Source: Girardia tigrina
Lineage: Eukaryota
Reading direction: 5' to 3'
DNA length: 64,000 nucleotides
Assembly (NCBI GenBank): GCA_001938485.1
Contig: MQRK01247048.1
Coordinates: forward strand, 1-64,000
Shown: positions 11,388-23,751 of the stretch, piece by piece
Numbering within the stretch: the first letter of the stretch is position 1
How the letters are laid out: each line of letters begins with the position of its first letter
The notes under the pieces: generated by a model
What the model saw: only the letters and a program-made list of their open reading frames with translations
Told to the model about the DNA's origin: nothing
Database searches by the model: none
Program-made: the position numbers and the translations under genes

Positions 11388-13891
11388 TATTAAAAACACC
11401 AACATGGGTTCTCGAACTTTTATTTTCAATACAATTTGAATTGTCCTTTGAGTTACTCTCAGCCAAGCTTTTGTAATTCGACATCGTTCTAAATTGTTAA
11501 ATTTTAGTTAATATTTTTTAATAAACAATTATTCGAACAATTTTTTTCATTATTTTCAGATTTTATTTTTAAAGTTCTAATTTTCTAATTTTAGTAATAA
11601 TTTTATCCACATATTAATTTTATTTAAAAAATGATTTTATTTAAAGAAAGAACATTTATTTAATTTAAAACTTAGTGTGAGAGTTAAAGATAATAAATTG
11701 AGTAAAAATTAATTGTAGTTTTTTAAATAATCGTAGAAATTAAGCGGGAAATTTGAGTCGAGCGGAAGATTTGTGTAGTAAAATAAATTCTTATTTATTA
11801 TCAAGCATTGTTTTCTGATTTTGTCGCTACAAGCTATTGCGGCACATGAAGACTTTAAAAATTTTTCCTGCAATCGACGGACGCGAGAGCGAAGACGTTT
11901 CGTACTACACACGCGGACGTGTGTGGGGCGATGCGAGTTCTCTTGCAACTGGAATCTCTGTAGAGATTAGGGGAGAAGTCGTCGAGGACGCAACTTGGCT
12001 GCGCAAAGAGGACGACGCAGCGCACATAAACTTAGTTGAACTGGAGGCAGCGATCGAAGCAGTTAAAGCGGCGGTGGCATGGTGCCTGGACGAGTTCTAG
12101 GTCATGATCGACTCCGCCACATTTTTCAAATGGATGTCAAATGCGTTGAGGAGCGACGGACCAGTCAAATCCAAGGGAATGAGCAAGCTGCTGGTGAAAC
12201 GACGGATAAGTATCATTAGCCAAACAATTGAAGGAGAACAACCGAATGTGTCATGGAAGTTAGTTAGTTCAGCAAAGAATAAAGCAGATTGCCTCGCTAG
12301 AGTACCGAATGACTGGTTGTCGCCAGCAAAAGGGTCATTCAAAGTGGAGGCTGTCGGAATTGACGTAGAGCATGGGACAGCAGATAGTCTAGAAACACGC
12401 AACAACATTCACTATTTCGGAGTGAAAAGAATGAAATTCCGGGCCAGAAGACTATTGGGCCCTGGCTGTTTATCCGAGAGTCAAATCCAAGCGGTTGTAA
12501 ACAAGTGTTCACAGTGTGCGTCAATTGATTCCGCAGCAGTGAAATGGGAGAAAGGCGAGCTGCGGGTGAAAGAAACATGGTACAAGCTTGCAATGGATGT
12601 AACGCACACCACTGAGAGGAAGTTCATGACGTTGGTGAACTGCAACCCAGGACAATTCTCAGTGTTACGAAAAATTAAATTCGAAAGCAATGACGAGCTG
12701 TATGCATCTCTCTGGGCCGTATTTGCTGAATTCGGGCCGCCACGATAACTGCTGATGGACAATTTCGCAACCACTCGGGGAACAGCAATCCGAAAATTGC
12801 TGAATGTAGTGGGCGTCGAGATCATGTTCCAATGTGCAAATCGGCCGATAGGAAACGGGATCGTCGAGCGTTGTCATCGAACTATTAAGCAGCAAGAAGC
12901 GGAGGATCAATCGAGGACATGCTCGCTTGGTACAACGCGACGCCAAATTCAGCTGGCATAATTACAGCATCGACAGTGTTCGCGCAGCAGAGGCGGTTGC
13001 TACTGCCGTTGGATTTCGCGAGCCGAATACCAAAAGCGAGAGAGGTCAAGAACAATTCGGAGTTCGAGCGGGTGATGTAGTATTTATGAAATCGGCGAAC
13101 CCGAGGTGTACAACGCAATGACGATGCGCTGTCGTGGGCGAGGTTCGTCCTCATCAGCAAGTGGTGATCAACGGGGTCCACCACTATGTGTCACATGTGA
13201 GGCGCGCCCGGGAGGACGATGACGCGACGGCCAACGGAGGGTCTAATGGGCCGAGAGCGAACCATGAGCAACCAAGAATGAGTTACAACAGTGATAGTTC
13301 CGAAGAAGACGACGCGCTTTCGAAGACAGAGACAGATATCGATTCAGAGAGCAGACGAGAACGATCGGGCGAGAAAGTAGAATTGCGGCCGCAACGAGTG
13401 ATTGTTCGACTTCGTGTGTGTAGGGTTGCAGAACCCAGCGACGCAAAAAGCTCCCTTGTGCACGAGCAGTGTGTGCGTTTGTTGCTTAAAGGCAAGGTGG
13501 AGTGTGAGAGTTAAAGATAATAAATTGAGGAACAATTAATTGTAGTTGTTTAAATAATCGTAGAAATTAGGCGGGAAATTTGAGTCGAGCGGAAGATTTG
13601 TGTAGTAAAATAAATTCTTATTTATTATCAAGCCTTGATTTCTGATTTTGTTGCTACACTTAGTTAAGTTATTTACTTTATTTAAATTTGTAATATTAAA
13701 ATTTGAAACGATTTGATATTTTTAGTTTTTAAAATATCTTATGCTGTACTTTAAAATGCAAATTATACTCGAATAATTATTCATCGTGAACACCTAAAAT
13801 ATCAATTTTCCATCCGGGTAGGAAAAACACATTTTAAATATTAAACTCAACATACAAAATTTAACATACGAAATTTAAAATATTCCTCACA
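11388..13891 (-). mobile_element. Solo LTR, family B, interrupted by a nested short-LTR element
   Basis: Plus strand TATTAAAAACACC...AATATTCCTCACA with a perfect ATTCT TSD (11383-11387, 13892-13896); core CCATCCGGGTAGGAAA at ~13810. Confidence 0.8.
11676..13658 (+). mobile_element. Internally deleted Ty3/Gypsy element with 156-bp LTRs (RNase H and integrase remnants)
   Basis: LTRs 11676-11831 and 13503-13658 (TG...CA), TSD CTTAG, purine tract before the 3' LTR; RNase H (DASSLATG, HINLVELEAA, IDSAT) and integrase (H..G, C..C, LAMD, MDN, NGIVERCHRTIK); no gag, PR or RT. Confidence 0.92.
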
Positions 13892-15129
13892 ATTCTAATT
13901 AGTGTTATTTTTGAATTTTTAATAATGACTTTTTTAAAAAAAATCCTAATTTTTCAATAACATTTATTATTTTAACTTGAAAATATTTCATAAAACTATA
14001 AAAAATAATTACATATTAAACTAATTTATATATTATTCGAGTCTCTAAAAAGTCTTTAAAACATTAATCATACTTATTTTAATTTTTGAAAAATATTACT
14101 TATTATAGAAATTACCCTATGTTATTGCTTTTTAAATTTAATTTTTATTTTATTAATTTTAAAAATGTTAATTCTGTTCGAATGATCAGTTGAATACACA
14201 TTTTAAAACATTCCTCACATATTTCTTAAGCTTTTCTTTTCCATTAAATAAATTATGTAAATTGAAAATATTGTTAAAATCAATCAACATAATTTATTTT
14301 TTTTGTGCAGCGAAATCATCGATTAAAGTTCACAAATTTGAATGTTTAACACATTAATTTTCTTCCGATAAAAACATTTTTGAATGATGTTTTTGTCACT
14401 TTAAACAGAATAATTAGAGAAAATATATTTTTAATAAACGAATAATTATTATTGTTGTATTAATATATATAAATATATACTTATTCTATCTAAATGTGAA
14501 TATGTGTGACAAGTATCAGAGTATCTGGAGGTTGTTGAGCGATCATAAGTTTGAGATAGATGCTGACTTACACACTGATTTTATATGCCGAATTTGCGAC
14601 GGGATCCTGCAGAACCCTCACCAGACACCTTGTGGTTGCAGATACTGCTTTCGATGCATCGACGAGCATCTGCGGACAGAGGAGAGGCCCTGTCCCGGTC
14701 ACATGTACGAATGCAAGTCTCAATTACTGAATATGAAGAAGGACGTTCTCATCGATCACGTCGCAAATAAACGAATATCAATGCTCAAAGTGAAATGTCC
14801 GAAGAAATCGTGTCAGTTCAAGGACGAGTTGAGACATATCGGGGAGCACATAGAGTCCCACCGAGTGAACTGTCCGTATTCTTCAATCGGGTGCGATATA
14901 AAGATTGCCGACCCTGACGATATCAAAAACCATTTGATAAATGAGAACTATTCCCATGCGAGTGTCATGATGAATCTCGTTCAGAATATGCAGAACGAGA
15001 TCAATTATCTTGCGGAAAACGCTCGTTACAAAGAAGTGAGCTATTTAAAATATTATTTGAAATATTTTTTTAATGTTCAAATTTTTATTGTTAATTTAAT
15101 GATAATTTTTTTAATAATTATTAGTTACG

Positions 15130-16890
15130 ATAAGATTTACTTAAAACTTGTTTTAAAATAAAATCATTGTACATGTTTCACCAAGCATTAAGATTGCTTC
15201 AAAACAATAAGAAAATTAATAATTTTTACTTTTTTGAATTATATTTTAAACTTTATAAAAATTATTTATTCATTTAATTACATATGTCAAATTTTGAGAC
15301 GCATTTCGCAGATTTTGAATACTAATTAATGACTGATTGGAGTGTCTTATTAATAATAATATATCACAAAGTACTGCTCGTAATGTGACTCCAAACCTTC
15401 TTGTAAATAAAAAACATCTTTTGAAACAGAAAAAATGCAATTCTTACATTGCATCAAGTGTTCAAGAACCTTAATCAATCGACTCAGTTGTGAATGCTCA
15501 CTCACCCGGGTTTCAAAATACAAAATATTTACCATTTGATGGACGCATTTGTTGATATTTGTGTTCAGTTCAACAACAAGCTGGCCAGAACTGGGATCGT
15601 TCATTTCTATAACAATATTTGTTGTTGAAAGGGATTTGTTTTAATCAATAGTTCAACAGTGGCATTTTTGACAAAAGATGGATCACTTACAAAAGCAATG
15701 ATAGCCAGCTAAGATGTTACTCTCGAAACCGACTAGAGATCACCCATGGTTACAACTTCGAACGGATTGCCAATGTCAGTTGGGCACCATCGGCGTCCGT
15801 ACCGACATCCGCTAGTCACCGCTCGGCACCAGTTGAACAGGCCGACTAACAACCAAAAATCGGCTCAATGCACTCTGCCATCACCCATCAGAGACAATTC
15901 AACCCCATTTCACTGCCGATCGAGGACGGTCCTTCAGTCGACACCCACCTTACGGAGAGAAAATCAAACTGCATCACCAACTGAAAAGCGTTCTCCCAAT
16001 TTGAAAGTACTGCAACATATTTTGGGTAATTTTTAACGAAAAAGGCAACACGCTCCCCATAGGCACAGATGAAGGCGACACAAGCATCTCTCTCAAAAGC
16101 CACCAAGGTCCCGACACATAATCTTATTATGATCAAAGCACCAAACAACAAATTATACACATTCAGAGTCTCCATACATTGCCCTTCACAACTACACATT
16201 CCACCCATGATTCCATTTTTTCATGTCGGGAGGGGTATTCATTCCACATTCACACAACACATCACTTAGCACACTCCATTTCATCTCCAATAAATCACGA
16301 ATCGACGTACACTTGAAAGCCCATAGAAGTGCACATAATGTCGATAACTCAAAACAGTCCGGCACATTCAAATATGGATACCTTCCTGGATACCCTGAAC
16401 GATTATCAATCATCTCAGATTCTCTGGCGCACCCTTTTGGACTGAATGACCCGAATTGACTTGATGATGACCTTTGAGTTCTGTCGGATCAACACTTGAT
16501 GCATTCTGTGCTTCTTGGTATTATAAATGATTTTTAGAGTGTAACTTTTCTAATTCTTTTCGGTCCAATTTCTTTTTGCAAGCTAACTCCATTAACAAGA
16601 AAATGAGGAACATAAAATGACTGAAATAAAATTTGACCAAAAATGTGAAATTCTGATATTGAATTCCTCTGGGATAAATTACTTAAATTAGTGGGCACTA
16701 CTTCCATTAATATCCAATAATTTTTCAATAAGTTATTAATAATCACTTATATTTGATCATTTTTTGTCTTCATTTTCTTTTACTAATTTTTATGCAAATA
16801 ATAATTTGCCGATGGTGATGTAACAAAACATCGAAACATGTACCATGATTACATTATAAAACAAGTTTTAAATCAATTATATTGTAACAA
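15130..16890. mobile_element. Penelope-like element remnant with inverted terminal repeats
   Basis: 15130-15180 is an inverted copy of ~16832-16888; degenerate RT on the minus strand at 15350-15700 (NCIFSVSKDVFYLQEG); hammerhead-like motif at ~16808-16848. Confidence 0.55.
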
Positions 16891-17695
16891 TGGTAATTGA
16901 TATGCAATTTTCACGTGAAGTTTTATATGCTCTTTTCATGTTTTCGATATTAGATTGCATTGAAAATTAGTCACCGGTTTCTATTTGATAATGTCAGTTG
17001 ATAATTTTTCAATTAAAAGAATCGAAATGCGTTCATACAGTTCTAGCTAAAATATTTTCATATTTTTTCCTGTGAATTTCAGTTTGAATCATTCTTTGGA
17101 GATATCTTCCCGGACATGCATCATGTATACTGAACACGTTTCTTGGTCACAATTTTCCGATTACACAAAAGTTTTGAATCTTCTAAACTTTTTTACAAAA
17201 ATTGATTAAAGGGATCTACTTTTATTTACTGTCTTTTTATGTTAAATCGATTCATTTTATACTTTTATACATTTATTCATCTCCACCGAAGCTTATTTTC
17301 TTTAATATTGGAAGTCTAAAGCGGAATTCTGAAATGACTGAAATCAAGATTACCAAATCCCACCACAAAATTGACCTACATAAATATTCAACATATGCAT
17401 CTCCAGAGTAACTTTAAGTTTATTTAGGCTGAAATCGTTATCTACGACCCATTATCCATGCACAGGCACATGATCACAAATAGACGAAAAAGTTTCTCAT
17501 TTCTGTGATGAATTATACCCGAGAGATGAGTTTCCAAAAACAAGGAGGCAGTTGTTGGACATAATATAGAGGGATGAAAACATGTACATTATTTTCAGAA
17601 AAGGACAATGCCTAATGGATTCGTAGTTCTGTAGATTATAAATTTGTCCCACAGTAAAATACGGAGATAGAAGTGTGATAGTGATTGGATGAATA

Positions 17696-18343
17696 ACACA
17701 TTACTCAATAAGTACCCGGTCTAGGTACGAAAAACAAAGATATTTGTAGAAATCAAACTGTATCCATTAAAATAATCCCCTTGCATTTCAATAGTCCTTT
17801 AATTTTTCAACGCATTTTTTGTAAAACGATTTGTCTTTTTTCTTAAAAAGGCCTCAGTTTCGGCAATAACCTCTTAATTTGAGAGAAATCTCTTACAACG
17901 GAGAATCTTTTTGAAGACTGAAAAATGCCAGTAGTCACTGGTGGTCAGATCTGGTGAATAAGCTGGGTGGGGAAGCAATTCAAAGTATAATTCCGTTAAT
18001 TTAATCGCCCTCGTCATCGACTTTGTGAAACAGCACTTTTTTCTTTTGCATATGAGGCCGTATTTTCTTGATTTTCACACTTAATAGATCCAATAATGTA
18101 ATTTAGAGTATAATTCCGTTAATTTAATCGCCCTCGTCATCGACTTTGTGAAACAGCACTTTTTTCTTTTGCATATGAAGCCGTATTTTCTTGATTTTCA
18201 CACTTAATAGATCCAATAATGTAATTTAGAGTATAATTCCGTTAATTTAATCGCCCTCGTCATCGACTTTGTGAAACAGCACTTTTTTCTTTTGCATATG
18301 AGGCCGTATTTTCTTGATTTTCACACTTAATAGATCCAATAAT
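17696..18343 (-). mobile_element. Mariner transposase 3' remnant with TIR
   Basis: LPHPAYSPDLTTSDYW and KIRPHMQKKKVLFH motifs; TIR-like end at 17696-17722 next to TA. Confidence 0.85.
17984..18343. repeat. Tandem triplication, 123-bp unit
   Basis: Near-identical units start at 17984, 18107 and 18230. Confidence 0.95.
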
Positions 18344-18349
18344 AGATCC

Positions 18350-19930
18350 ATTTAGTATACATATCTCCCGAGGAATATTTTTAAACACATCATCAAACAT
18401 ACAATCACATACACATTCATAAATGTAATCAATCATACATCTACATTTACTTCCTATTGTAGCACACTATCACTTCTCCCTGTGATCGTGCATCCTCGTT
18501 TCTCTGCTCGTCCCTGAATTTCCTATTGTTTGTGAAGTCATCTCTTCTTGTAACATCTTCCCTTCTATCTGTTCTTTCGGACATTCTGTCCCATTCCTCA
18601 TTTCGTTCTCCTAATTCAGCCACTGAATATTCTATTTGTCTTTGAACTTCGCTCTTCATATTTCACATTCGAATAATTTCTCCTGTCATCTCTTCCAGTC
18701 TTTCCGTTGTCCCGTTTCCATTGCTCCCGTTCTCTGAATCTATTTGGATTTTCATAGCATTGTGTTCTTACGTGTCCCTTTTTATTACAGTGGTTGCACC
18801 TGATGTTTGGGCATTCTCTTCTCACATGACCTTCTTCGTGGCATGCCCGACTATAAATTTTTCTCGTTTTGAAGTATCTCTTTCTTTCTTCTATTATTCT
18901 TTCTTCGTTTTGTGGTCTTGGCTGTCGTTTCTTATGTTCGACTGTTCTCCATTCGTTGTCTCTTTTTGTGGTGTACGCGTCCACCCTTATATCTTTATTC
19001 TTTGATTCGAATTCGTATATTTTCTTCTGTATACATTCGATATTCTCAGCTTTCGAGATACCTCTCAAAGCTATTTCTCTCTTCACTTCTCTATCATCTA
19101 TAGCCTTAGCTTATGCTAAGTCTGATGTCTCTTTTTTTCCTAATTTATTTTCTACTAGTTTTCCAACTAGTTCGTCTATTTTCCGAAATACGGATGTGGG
19201 GTCGTTTGATCCAACTTTTATTTCAACAAGTTCCCTCATTATCTCCAGAATGTTCTTTTCTCTGGTGATTGCAGATCTCATTTTTGTTTCCCATGTATCT
19301 CCCTGTGCATTTTCGTATTTGTTTATTGCTTCCGGAGTCATGAATGCTGTCACCAGCAAGACTCTTCTTTCTTCTGAGAATCCCATGATCTTCGCATATC
19401 TGCCGAAGCTCTTTAAGAATTTCTCAACTTTTGACTCAGATCCGTCAAATATTTCTGGATCTCTAATGTTCGGAGTCACGCGATTGTTGGTCGCCATATT
19501 AAGAACATTAATTGGGTTTTCGTTTCATTTATTTATATCACAATTTGATATGTCACTAGAACAATTCTCCGTAAACTTGCGTAGCTCGTAATCGTTCTTG
19601 ATTGATAATCTTTAATAATATTCTTTAATGTCTTATTATTCAAACAAATTTAAATTACAATTTATTTATTACAAATATAATTTATTCTTTAAATTATAAT
19701 TTAATTATTACAAAAATAATTTATACTTTAAATTTGAAATAATTTTTATTTATTTTAATTAAATATTATTAAAATATTAGTTTAATTTTAAAGTAATTAT
19801 TTAAATTTTAATACTTGATTAAACAACCCGATGTTTTAAAATATTTAAAATATTAATCTTCCATCTGGATGGGAGAAACACAATCATAAAACAACATACC
19901 AAATAACACCATTAAAAAATATTCCTCACA
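18350..19930 (-). mobile_element. 3'-truncated Gypsy family B element (5' LTR, PBS, gag)
   Basis: LTR 19497-19930, PBS TGGCGACC directly adjacent; gag MATNNRV...; two CCHC knuckles (CHEEGHVRREC, CNHCNKKGHVRTQC); one in-frame stop. Confidence 0.88.
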
Positions 19931-20723
19931 CAGTGAAACCTTTTAAAATGAACATCTTCTAAACTAAACACTTCTCATCTAAATAAAATAAATAAAAATA
20001 AAGGAAACGCAGAAACAATTGACTTGAGAATATTAAAAAAGAAATGATGTCTACTAAGAAAAAATCAAAAGTGATATTTCGTGTTTCTTTATAAGAAAAA
20101 AATAATTTAAATAAATTTTATTCAGTAAAGATATTAATTAAAGATATTAATTAATAAAGATATTATTAATTACACATAACCCTCTAATCTGAAAACCTTT
20201 AACACTATTTCTACCACGATTTTATGTACACCTATTTCAAAGAAAATGTTTCTTTTGATACCGTTGTAATTAATAGCAAACAACTGTGGAAACAATTATT
20301 AGTAAATTCATCTACGAAAAGTCAAAACTTGAAATGAGAAAAAATATTTAAACTTAGAAAATAATTCAAATTTAAAATTAAAAAGGTGTATTTGACACCT
20401 TTGGTAGAAATAATGTTAAAAAAAAGGTTAATTTTAGTTAAATATTTTAGCTTTTTTAATAAAATTGTGAACTTTAGTGATTTTTGGTGATTTAATTTAT
20501 AGTCAATAACAAATTATTTTAAAGATAAAATGCTGAAAATGTCAGCAAAGAAAACTAATATTAACTAAAATATGTTATAAACACCACAAGAGTGTTGACC
20601 GATACTTCATGCATATTTATTGCAATATTTTAATAATTTCAAATATTAGTACCAAATAAATTTAAAAAACAATGGCAATGTTTTTTAAAAAAAAGTTTTA
20701 CCATTTAAAAATATATTTTTTGT

Positions 20724-20762
20724 AATAATATATTTCGATGGTTTTACTGTCATCTTCAGATC
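20724..20762 (-). ncRNA. Degenerate minimal type I hammerhead motif (Penelope-associated)
   Basis: CTGAAGA-TGACAGTAAAACCATC-GAAA-TATAT; same family and flank as 45383-45421. Confidence 0.5.
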
Positions 20763-22066
20763 ACTTATTTTTAGCTATTTTACATCTTATATATGTAATG
20801 AAAGAGAAATTGCATGTAATTTCCTCTTTCATTAACGTTATAGAATAATTAGATAAAGAGATGAGTAATGTTTATTAGTAGGCCTCCCATCTCTTTCGAA
20901 TGGTATTGAGCCTCTAGGCTCTTTAGAGGGTCCACCCAAACTAAAGAATCACTAGTAGCCCCCGATCGGTCTCCAAGATCTTTTCGGGTTCCCTGTGAGA
21001 AACGACCACCCATGGGTTGTATAGCCATGGTTCTGCATACCTTTGGCTGTATTCGTGGACTTCGTACAGCTTCGAAAGGGACATCTGAATTCCCCCTTGC
21101 AGTTAGATCTACAATCCTAAAAGTCAGATGTGTTTCTTTAGTACCTATCGCTTCTTCTACCACCGTCGAGATAGTCGGGGGGTCCGTCACGGATTGAATC
21201 TGGTTGCCTGGAATGTTGAGGTTTTCTACGACTCTTTCTTCTGTGGTTGTACTGGTTTGCGCTGGTGTCATTATCGGTTCTCCAATTTCTTCTGTTTCCT
21301 CTAATTTATGATCCCGGTAGAGGTGCCTGGTCAGCCACCCCTTCGTTTTGTACGACTTTTTGCATTGTGTACATGAAAATGGCAATTGCTGTTGCTGTAT
21401 CTCATTGACCTGATCAGGATTAGCGGTCCCTTTTAATGTGTCTGTTCAGCTCCTTCTTTTCGGCAAACTCCTTGTAGCATCTTTCTACTGGACATTGGTG
21501 ACGTTTGTCTCTCTTGTTGATCAGCTTCGGTACATTTGTTCTTGTCCTATTGAGTCTTCCTGATCGAATTAAGGAGTTTATGTATGTTTCCCTCGATACA
21601 GTAGGATCTCTGTGAATGATGCGGTTAATGAAAAGTCCATATACCGCATCATCCCTAAATAGCCACTGTATGTCCACTCGAAGACATTCCGAAATCGATT
21701 ACTTCTTTCTCCCACTGATCTTTTTCCGCATTTGTATTTCTCCCTTCCAGATTAGTTTGATTGTCTCGTACTTCTCTGAAGTTTTCGTCTTACTGTGGAA
21801 AGTAAGCCGTTTACTCGCAATAATATCCATGGGATGTGGGAGTCCAATGTCCAGGATGTCCATACGGATCTTTTCAATTTTGTGTTTCTTCCTAACTATG
21901 CGCGTGCATAGGTTATGAAGAGCAAGTAATTTCTTAATGTTCTTGTCCGCAGTTCTCCAGCTTTCACAGCCGTAGTAGACTACGGAGAATATGCATGCGT
22001 TGATTACTTTCTTCTTATTCCTCATACTCAGTTTAGAGCTCTTCAGCACTGGTCTCAGATCTCGGA

Positions 22067-23004
22067 TTTTGGGATCAAGATCATAATTCATTAACACCAA
22101 AAATTTATTAATAACACAATTAACAATTATTCAAACAATTTTTAGTTAACAATTTTTTTAATAAAAAATTGTTTGTCGAGAAACTTTTTCGTTTTCTTTT
22201 TGACCAGATTTTTTATATAAAAATATGAAATTATAAATATAAATAAACTGATAAGTTATTTTAAAATTGAAAAATTTTTATTCTATTTATTCTGAAAATT
22301 TACATTCCACTATTTATAAATTAAAACCAACATAATTTTATAGTCACATTTTTACTAAATTAACCATAATGATTTTACATTATTTTAGAATTAGTTTAAT
22401 GTTATTTCTTTTTTGTGAAACATTAATAAAGATTTTAATGTTTTTTATCAATATTTCAGTTTAAAAGCATTTTTTACCTACAATTATTTTAAATACCATA
22501 CAAATTTTAGAATACAACAAAATAATTTACAATATTCAAATTTTTATTATTATTACGTTACATTAATGATAAAAGTCTTAATATTTATTTCTATTTACGA
22601 AAACTGTTTATTTGTTAAATCTTTAATTTACAGAATTTCAAACTGATTTTAAAATTTAAAATTATTTGTTTTTTTTACTTTACAACTATGGCAACAAAGT
22701 TTCTTATTTTATTTTTTAGAATAACTTTTAAAATTAGTTCAACATAATTATCCTTGTCTTTATATATTTCTTTTAAATCAATTATTTAAAAATCCATTAT
22801 TTCCGAATTAATTTCATTTTAAGTTTTTACTCTACAATTAAAATTTGATTATTTTCGAAAATAAATTTTTAAAATTAATTAAGATATATATTTTTTTAAT
22901 AAAATTGCTTTAAAAACTTTTGATTTTAAATATTTAATTATTTTAGAAATTCTTTATAAAAATTAATTGTTTCAAAAATTTTGAAATTGAGCCCGACCTT
23001 CACA
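22067..23004 (-). mobile_element. Solo LTR, Gypsy family A
   Basis: Reverse complement of the LTRs at 34346 and 41300 (TGTGAAGGTCGGGCTCAATTTC...); flanked by TCGGA/CCGGA. Confidence 0.9.
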
Positions 23005-23669
23005 CCGGATCTTCTGGGTTCCTTTCTTAATTATTTCTTTCACTTCGTGTCCACATTTCTGGCATTTTGTGTTTGCGCGTGTTTTTGTCGTTTCTTAGCC
23101 TCTTCGGTCTTTTTCCTTCTTCTCTGACTCTGGCAGTTATAACTACCAGATTGTGGTCGGAACGACAGTCAAATCCTGGGTAGCTTCGGATGTCCGTGTA
23201 CCTATTAGCTCGATTTCTTTCTATAAGAAAGAGATCAAGTAATGACCTCCTAGATGTTGCTGGGTGAGTCCAGCTCGTTCTCTGGCTAAGTTTTTTCCTG
23301 TAAAAGTTGTTTTCAACACGCAGTCCACATCATATCGCCATCTCGGTAAGCAGCTCTCCGTTCTACGACGTCTTCACTCCAGTTGCGTAGAAACCTACAA
23401 CCGATTTGTACTCTTCAGTGCTCTTCAAACTACAATTAAAGTCTCCTTCAATTTGTAGTTCCATTTTCTTTTCTCTAGCGAATTTCTTTTCCTTCTCGAT
23501 CTCTTGCAGCTTCTGATAAAAATTCTCTTTTTCCTCATGTGTATACCCTCAGTCCGTCGGGGCACACACACCGATTAGTATAATGACTTCGAGTCCTTCC
23601 AGACCCCTTGTTTGGGTTTTCAAAGCGTTCTTCATAACCACAGACAGGATTGCTAGCCCTGTAAGTTTC

Positions 23670-23751
23670 GTTCACACATTCGCCTAGAGATGGACTTTAA
23701 CCCATCTAGTTTCCCAGGATCTACCGCGGGGAGGAGGGTAACACAGATCCC
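23670..23751 (-). ncRNA. HDV-like self-cleaving ribozyme candidate at the RTE 5' end
   Basis: GGGAUCU/AGAUCCU P1 with G1-U wobble, CC-UCCCCGC-GG P3/L3, GGGAAAC junction, AGAUGGG/UCCAUCU P4, GGCGAAU J4/2, imperfect P2 (GUUACCC/GUGUGAAC). Confidence 0.72.

Larger units (their letters stand above)
20845..23751 (-). mobile_element. RTE-like non-LTR retrotransposon, RT domain missing, C-terminal C2H2 fingers
   Basis: APE endonuclease remnants at 23010-23650 (RSYPGFDCRSDHNLV); post-RT motif KKKVINACIFSVVYYGCESW; C2H2-type motifs CPVERC..F.....L.RH and CTQCKKSY....WLTRH...DH. Confidence 0.75.

Noticed and set aside
15720-16500. GC-richer coding-like segments (also 23800-24500 and 28880-29950)
   Set aside because: Probably TE-derived, but no motif could be assigned by eye.
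17984-18343. Regular repeats as a CRISPR-like array
   Set aside because: No spacers; it is a tandem triplication of mariner coding sequence in a eukaryote.
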